64,000 bases of DNA from Trichoplax adhaerens (Eukaryota > Animalia > Placozoa), in assembly GCF_000150275.1 (NCBI RefSeq), contig NW_002060943.1:13009639-13073638 (forward strand), in the 5' to 3' direction. The translations under genes and the position numbers were made by a program. Numbering within the stretch: the stretch's first letter is position 1; each line of letters begins with the position of its first letter. Shown here one piece after another: positions 56,561 through 64,000 of this stretch. Below the pieces are notes generated by a model. That model was not told where the DNA came from. It did no database searches and saw only the letters and a list, made by a program, of their open reading frames with translations.

Positions 56561-59500
56561 TCGATAGATTCGAATCATTCCAATGATGGATTATTGTACG
56601 CATTTGGTCGATTTTCAGAATAGAATTTTGATACATCTAATTGGAGCACTTAGGATGTTCCAATTAAATTATTTATACAGTATATCATACTGTATAACAT
56701 AGTATAGGAAATCAATGGGAAAATAGGATGACATCATGACCTGTAATGAATGCCATAACTGGTCACAAGTCATTGGGCTATGATATCATCCTGTAAAAAT
56801 ACTCGTAAATGGCAATAGTAACGCTGGAAAGAGAGATACCTTATTAATTAATTAATTAATAAAAGCATAAAATACATAAAAACAACTATGACCTCATTGA
56901 TTAGTGCACTACTAGCAATGACGCGCGTACCTTAAGGTTAAAGAACGAAAGCTTATAGTACAACAGTACAGTACAGATTGGGATACTCGTCCATAATGAA
57001 TTCATATGTTACGAATATAATTCAATAATATAATTATCGTAGTAATAGCGCTGCTCGCTGTTCAATTGCAGAAGTAGAAACGCTGATTTCATGAAGAAAT
57101 CATGATGATACGCTCATTTTATGAAGAAATCATTTTGATTCTAGTCCATCGACATGTAAGGAATAGTTTAATAAACGGACAAAGTCAATATGACTCATCA
57201 TCCAATTCCATGACAGCTTTACAATTTCCAATACCTCTGCGATGGTACAAAGATCATGGCTGTATTTTAAAACTCTATTAATATGATCTTAACATTCTAC
57301 TTGGCTGCGTATCATCAGTCAATTCGCTTTCATCATCAAGTGGACATTGACATCATAATTAGTCTTGGCAGGTAAAATAAAAAAATTATCCATACAACGT
57401 GGAATCGGTGGAATATCATCAACCAGCAAGCGCTTAAGCTCGACCACAATATTTTCGAATTGATGTAGATGATGTAAACGGTCAACCTAACCTGAATATT
57501 CATTCATTGTACAAGGGCTACTCTATTCTATTCAGCAACATGTCGGCACTTAGTTGCGCTTCTTTAGATAATTTTAAGTGCTAATAGGACAATCTACCTT
57601 GACTGCCGTGCTCTTGATATGTTGTCACAGTACATAGCACAAGATTATCTTCAAGCCTTGAAGAAGTTAATACTAAATTTAATATAGTAAACCTGCATGT
57701 AAATTACGTGTTGTTTTTTTAACTAGCTTAGCTAAAATGATCGCCTACACCCTGATACCTAATTTAAGGCTTTGAGAAAATATTTTCTACCTAATTTAGA
57801 TAACAGTATTACAATAAAATCAGCCTTTAATTTAGAGTCAATGACCTCACTTTATGGCAGCGTGATAGAGTCCTGCATAAATTAAAATTGAATAGGACTA
57901 CCATTAATTAGCACACAGTACCATTCTTGAGCTAAAAATAAGTTGAATTAGTTCATATCTCGCTTGTTATGCTTCGCAGTTATAGCAATGCTGGATCTAA
58001 ACACAAGCAGAATCACTTACCAAGATCCTTCACGCAAGAATTTACAATATTTCACTGCTTATTCTTTGCATGCACTAACATCATTATAACTATAGAAATA
58101 CAACTGGTACTAGCAATAGCCCGCTACAAACCAGTAGCTAATTACAGCCTTCATACTATAATAAATACATTTTACCATCCAATTCCTCTCCAAGCAGTAC
58201 TATAAATTAGTCTTGAATTAGTAGCATTGCTTTCGCTACTACGTCGTTACAACATGTAGTACGTATCGTCCTCGAGTCTTGAATCAATGTAAATTTAATA
58301 TAGTCCTGCTAATATCAACAATGGCGATGCTATTTCTCGAGAACGACATCATGAGGAGATTACATTTTTTCAATAGTTTGGCCTAATGCTGTAGTATTTT
58401 TCTATATAAATGCGATGGACAAGAACTCATTCCAAGCTGGACTGAGACATTATTATTCGCTCATAGGCATTGATAGGGATCTTATTAGATCTATACTAAG
58501 GTCAACAAACCAATCATTTGGTACGCTATCAGATACAATTAGTACTCTAATTATTTCCAGGTCGCAAATTCGTAGAAACGCTAGCTTAGAAACTCATATT
58601 TGAGAATACACTGAGCCTACATCGCCAAAATAAGGACAAACTATAACCATTCTTCAAATACAGTACATTCTTGGATGCTGGAAAGTCATTGCATGATGAT
58701 ACCAACAGATTCATATCAACTTATTGGTGGTCGCCATTATTATACTTACCAGTATATTCAGAGCTGGATTAAATCAATGTATTTGTTAAATTGTAGATAT
58801 TCCAATTTATTACTAACAGTAAATAATCACTGATCGTAGATTCTCATTGTATGTAATTGGATGTCTGGAAGAGGATATCTTCTCTTGGATAGTTATGCTT
58901 TCCTGTAGGTATTCTCTGACTAATTCTATATTCAATCTCACTTCTTGCAATTCATCTATCATTTTCCTGTCCTTCATCGCAACGATAGATATGTTATATG
59001 TATGTAATACATACGATCTAAATTACATAAATAAACGCATTTCACATTGGTCCAGTAACGCCTTGCAAAGTATTACTATTATTATCATCAATAGAAATTA
59101 GAATTTAAGACCATCTAACGGCGATAGATCATAACGTATAGAATGATCAAGTTGGCATTGCATGCATTGATGAGACAATGCCTACTGTGCTTTACAAAAA
59201 TAATGTATAGTTAGAAAGTAACTACGAGCTTCGTTTAATCCTAGCATCCTCTCATTCTCCACTGATGCTAATTTCATCTTAATAATATGATGCAGATTCT
59301 TACGATAAATAAGGCTTTTGACTTTTCGGTTGATGGCCTAGTCTCTATATTAGGTATTAAGAAATAAGCAATTTGATGAAATACTTTTCTATTTTATACT
59401 CTGATGTTTAGAACTGCGATTATTATATCGAACAATTGTTAATTGAGTCTGATTAGCTGCAATGAAACCAGTAATGTCTTGAACTTTGCTTGTTACATCG

Positions 59501-59582
59501 ATTCCAGAGAGCAAAATCGAATCATATGTTGACATCGAGTATTTTAATTGATTTTTTCGATTCTAGTATACTCGCATATGCT

Positions 59583-59804
59583 TGTGTAAGTGATATTAAG
59601 CACTAACTGTATAGGCGGGAGAAAAAACACTAAGCTCCTTTGATACGAGATCTAAAAATACGATTCCTAGTCTATCGCTTATGGCTAATCATTTTGTGTA
59701 AGTGATATTAAGCACTAACTGTATAGGCGGGAGAAAAACACTAACCTCCTTTGATACGATATCTAAAAATACGATTCCTAGTCTATCGTTTATGGCTAAT
59801 CATT
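59583..59804. repeat. Near-identical ~111-bp tandem duplication
   Basis: 'tgtgtaagtgatattaagcactaactgtataggcgggag...atggctaatcatt' occurs twice with few differences. Confidence 0.92.
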
Positions 59805-60875
59805 ACGTCAGATTGACATTCATTTGTAATTGCCACAAAATTAACTTAGAACTACTACCCTAAACTAATTGATTACTTATTCCTACCTCCACTACACCTG
59901 GAGGCCTACTGTGTGGTAGTCCTATACTACTTACGGTCACACAGGGATAAGACTGTTCTAAGAGTTTAGCATAGTTTTTATTAATAGAGTAGTCGAAATG
60001 CTATCGAATCAAGAACTGAGAAGCTGAGCATTCGCTCCTCTTTTTATACCATACCACCAAACTTGTGGTGTACACATGGTAATTTAGTAACATAACATTG
60101 GCATGGTTCATATAGGGAAACAACCCTCAATAAGCTATATAGTTTACTATAGATACAACTAGTAAACAACTTTAATTAGCAATAACTAATAAATAGCCAA
60201 TTAAACGAAGGAGGCTCTGCACGCTTATTGCACGTTACTCGAACTTTGCAGTGGGTAATGAGGTCTACCAGTAGAAGCGCTATTAAAGTTATATAATTCG
60301 ATTAACCCAAGTCTTTCGATAATTAATTCATGCAATAGAGTTACATCTATATGTATGCATACAACATGTGTACAGTGACATACTGTATAGTCTTAATTAC
60401 AGCACCATTAAGGGAAAATATTCCCATCGTGTTCAAATATTTCGTTACTTTCGTGTCCGCATATGACGTTTATGCGACTATAGGAATTAAAATGATTAAG
60501 TTAGAAGTGCAAAAACATAAATTATTTAAGAACATTGTAGTTGGAAATAGTTAACTAACGTGACGATTAAAGATCTAAATTTATTGCATCATAAGTGCGA
60601 AAAAGAATAAGCGATTATTTAAGAAGGAGGTAAATGTTTAACTACTATAGTTAGCAATGTCACTGCTAGCTCTAACTCTAAGCATACTGCATTATAACTG
60701 GTTCTATGCGTATACGTGTACGAGCTCTCCGTTTATTTTCGAGAATTTTTCTAATATTTTCCATTCTAGTTATTTTCTTTCCAATCTGAAAAATCGGTAA
60801 ATAAAATAATAATATAAATGAGATAGCCTAAACATTCATTTCTAAGGTAATCGATCTCTTGTTTGCTATGTTAAA

Positions 60876-62086
60876 TCAAGAGTTGTCTGCAGTTTCGAAG
60901 CTTGATAAAGAAATGTTCTCGATACTATCACAGTATACATGAGACCAGAAAAATCTGGAGGCATTTTGTAGGCAGCATCCCCATTCAAAGGCTTTTTTTC
61001 GATAAAATTGGAATTCTTTGTTCTGAATTTGGTCTTTATAAATTTCTTCTCCTGCCATTTCATTGGGATACTGTTTATGTGTCGCTGCACAAGCTAGAAA
61101 TATATCAATAGGACCTGATGCGATGAGTTCCTTTTTCCAGTCATGAACTGACGGAAGATTGTTAAAATCTCTAGCTGTACTCCCTATTAGAACAATGGCT
61201 GGGGTTTCCTTTTTTAAGGAAATGAGGGGTACATTCTGATATCTAGTTAAGGTAGCATCAAAATAAAGAAAAATCTCGTTTTCTATCTGATAATTTCTAT
61301 CTTGGCTCTTGAGCTGAGCGTGTAAAACTATAGGGATCTTGTATTTAATAGCAGCTTGAATGATTACTTTTCAGACCCAAAAGCATGGCAAGCACTTGAG
61401 ATGGCGATGAATTATTACAAAATCTGCTGAGATTATTTGTTTTACAGTCTGATCCATTTCTAATTGATATGCCAAACTTTGAATTAGCTCTACTGAATGT
61501 ACGGACAAACTTTGTCTTAAATGGCTTACAAGCTTATTAGTAAACTTAGATCCTATGTGACTAATTTCTCCAATTTTTTTATGTCTGTATACTCGTTCAA
61601 AACTAGGGGATTTTCTTTACTTGGTGGCTTGGATATCTTCACTTTTGTAAGCAAGTAAGATTGGATTAGAAAATACTCGCTAAAGTTTAAATGAATTTCA
61701 ATATCACTTTTGAATAAATCGGATATAGATCTTTTATTAACTATCCGATCCAGATTTTCGATAAGGTTTAGGCAATGTATTTTGACTCGGCTTATCTCCG
61801 ATAGAAGAGCTTGGCTATCTACTGGATATCTCAAGAAAATAAGGGCAATCTGAAGAGATCTAATTTGGCAAGCATTTTCTCCAACAAGTGGATCAAACCT
61901 GTTGATATCTTTCTTCGCTACGATTTCTAAAGCTTGTTCTGCAGCGATTATTAGTAGTAGATATTCACGGAGACCATTATCCAATTTTTTGGCTTTATTA
62001 TTATTAGGATCATAAGGGAGTAAATGACTTAAGAGAAAATCTCTTTGATTATTGAAAGGAGATCGAAAATTTTTCTCTAATTTCAT
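60876..62086 (-). pseudogene. Disrupted intronless ~403-codon gene of unknown family (one frameshift, one in-frame TGA)
   Basis: The 177-aa ORF continues in the -1 frame from the A7 run at 61574-61580 (IGEISHIGSKFTNKLVSHLRQ...CLPCFWV*KVIIQAAIKYKIPIVLH...IDIFLACAATHKQYPNEMAGEE...FFWSHVYCDSIENIS...*). It joins the 60876..61058 ORF, with only one internal stop at 61371-61373. Confidence 0.8.
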
Positions 62087-64000
62087 ATCTGTAAAAACGG
62101 AATTAAATCGATTGGCTACTAGTGATGTTCGACTAGAGTTTTAACTAAAAAAGGAAATTAACTTACTGTTGGATTTGCACGAGTTCGAACATAGTACGGT
62201 ATTTTCTGGCAATATATATCTATGAATTTCTCCAGAAATTTAGGAGTCTAAGGGATGACACACTGAACGAATGCTGAAATTAATCCTCAACCAGAAAGGA
62301 TACAATTCGACGCCAATCTAGCTTGTGAAGACTTTCAATACACCTAAGCGAATTGCGCTAACCGAACTTTAAACAATAAAATTAATGACAATTTCTTTCT
62401 TATACCAATAAAATATCGTATTGCCGATAATTTCAAAGATTAGACTGTCTACAAATATCAATTTTCCAAAAAATCGAGAAAATATACGAAGGCGAAAGAT
62501 TGTTGCCTGTTCAAATCAGGAACTTTTGAAAAAATTCTTAAATGCCTTTCAAGAAAGTAAACTGCATTGCATGCACATGCTTAATGCAAGCACAATAAAT
62601 GCGCCTGCCGAATATACGAAATCCTCTTATTAGCAAACATAGATGATAATGTCATTTCACTTAGGAGTATGCGAGACAAAAGTATCCAATAGTCGAAACT
62701 ACTACACTACCCTGCCAAACTACGCCAATATAATGTTAGAGTAAAGCACCGCCTATTAGAAACCATTCAAAAATATCAGACCATATGTTAGGGTTAGGGT
62801 TAGAGTCATCGCTATATAAAGTAAGTAAGAAGATATAATACAAAAGAATTGAAAGGCTCAAAGCGGAAGAATTGTAATTACTGTTGAAATTTAAGCTTGT
62901 AATGTTGTATAGTTATATCTAATAATATTAGTCTAGAAGCTGTTATTTTGGAGAAATAATAACTTAATTGAATGCAACCAATACCAAAGTATAATGCGCG
63001 CGAATGGTTAAATGGAGTTGAGTGAGCCAATCTAAAAAATAGGAGGATATTGCACATCATATACGTATGTACTTAAAAGTGGAGAATTATATTATTACCA
63101 AAACCAGATGGATAGATTGGTGTACAAATTAATCCCCTGGACTCAGAATGATCGCTTACGCCAACTGTCAACTGTGTCGTATTATCGCATTTATAGCTAT
63201 GATTGATTGGATTAAGAATGATAATTAAGTAAAATGCTGATTATTTTGTTTACTCACTCGTATTTGTCCTTTAGAATAATTTATACCGCCACGTATTAGC
63301 ATTAGTATCGTCTTATCACAGACACAAAAAAAACTTAGATATTATGATATTATAACAGAATAGTAATAAATCTCAAATAGGTATATAAAATATAGGAGCT
63401 CGAAAGAGCTCGCAGTTGAGACGTACGTATGTATCAAATTGTTTATTCCTACAATGACCTATGTATGATAACTTAACTATAATAGCATACTTGTTGTTTA
63501 AAAGATGCTGATAACGTAGTTAATATGTTTATAACGACAGATGGAGTATATAAGTGAGATAATGATCAATAAAATTGTTTTGTGTGTGTGTGTTTGAGTT
63601 ACGGTATACAGAAGTGGTCTTGCGGACTAAACTAACATTAACTATAAGTACTAATTGGTTTCTTGTATCGTAAGGCTAGTCATGGCACGTCTTTCCAAGC
63701 CAGGTATAAAATAGATAGCTTGACCAAAAGAATGCCTATTGTTGCCCATAACAGCGGCGACATTGATTGTTATATACATATCATATTAGTGGCCGCCAAT
63801 TGCATCTTGACTGCTGATTGCCACAATTAAATTAAAATTATCGCAAAAGTATGCAGCAACTGTGATAGTGAAAGACAAAATATCTATAGGTATATATTTG
63901 AACAGACTTATATGTATTTAAAATATACGTTAAGAAATATTTATCATAAACCGACGAAATTATCTCTCGTTATATGCGTAAAGTAATTTGCTTTATTAGC

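Noticed and set aside
57280-57680. Minus-strand exon-like segments (VDRLHHLHQFENIVVELKRLLVDDIPP...)
   Set aside because: Candidate exons could not be joined in a consistent phase and no homology was recognised.

Overview
AT-rich, intron-rich animal genomic DNA with short introns and a 50-N scaffold gap at 56466-56515. The compact gene spacing and conservative protein sequences suggest a basal metazoan, possibly the placozoan Trichoplax; this is inference and not verified. Splicing the exons by eye gives, in order: LRR1 (+), B9D2 (-, single coding exon), TDP1 with an N-terminal PBZ finger (+), AP4S1 (-), striatin (+), an unrecognised two-exon gene (+), an intronless divergent VAT1-like gene (-), MEMO1 (+) and RAB1 (-). 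Several tandem-repeat arrays sit next to gene 5' ends. The first array carries a 322-bp solo-LTR-like insertion with a 5-bp target-site duplication. The most unusual item is a ~403-codon intronless reading frame at 60876-62086 (-) that the ORF track shows only as fragments. It is broken by one -1 frameshift at an A7 run and one in-frame TGA, has a candidate spliceosomal intron just before its ATG, and is a candidate horizontally acquired gene. The AP4S1/striatin head-to-head pair and its neighbours also look like ancient synteny shared with human. All gene calls come from recalled protein similarity and splice-signal and phase logic; no database searches were run.
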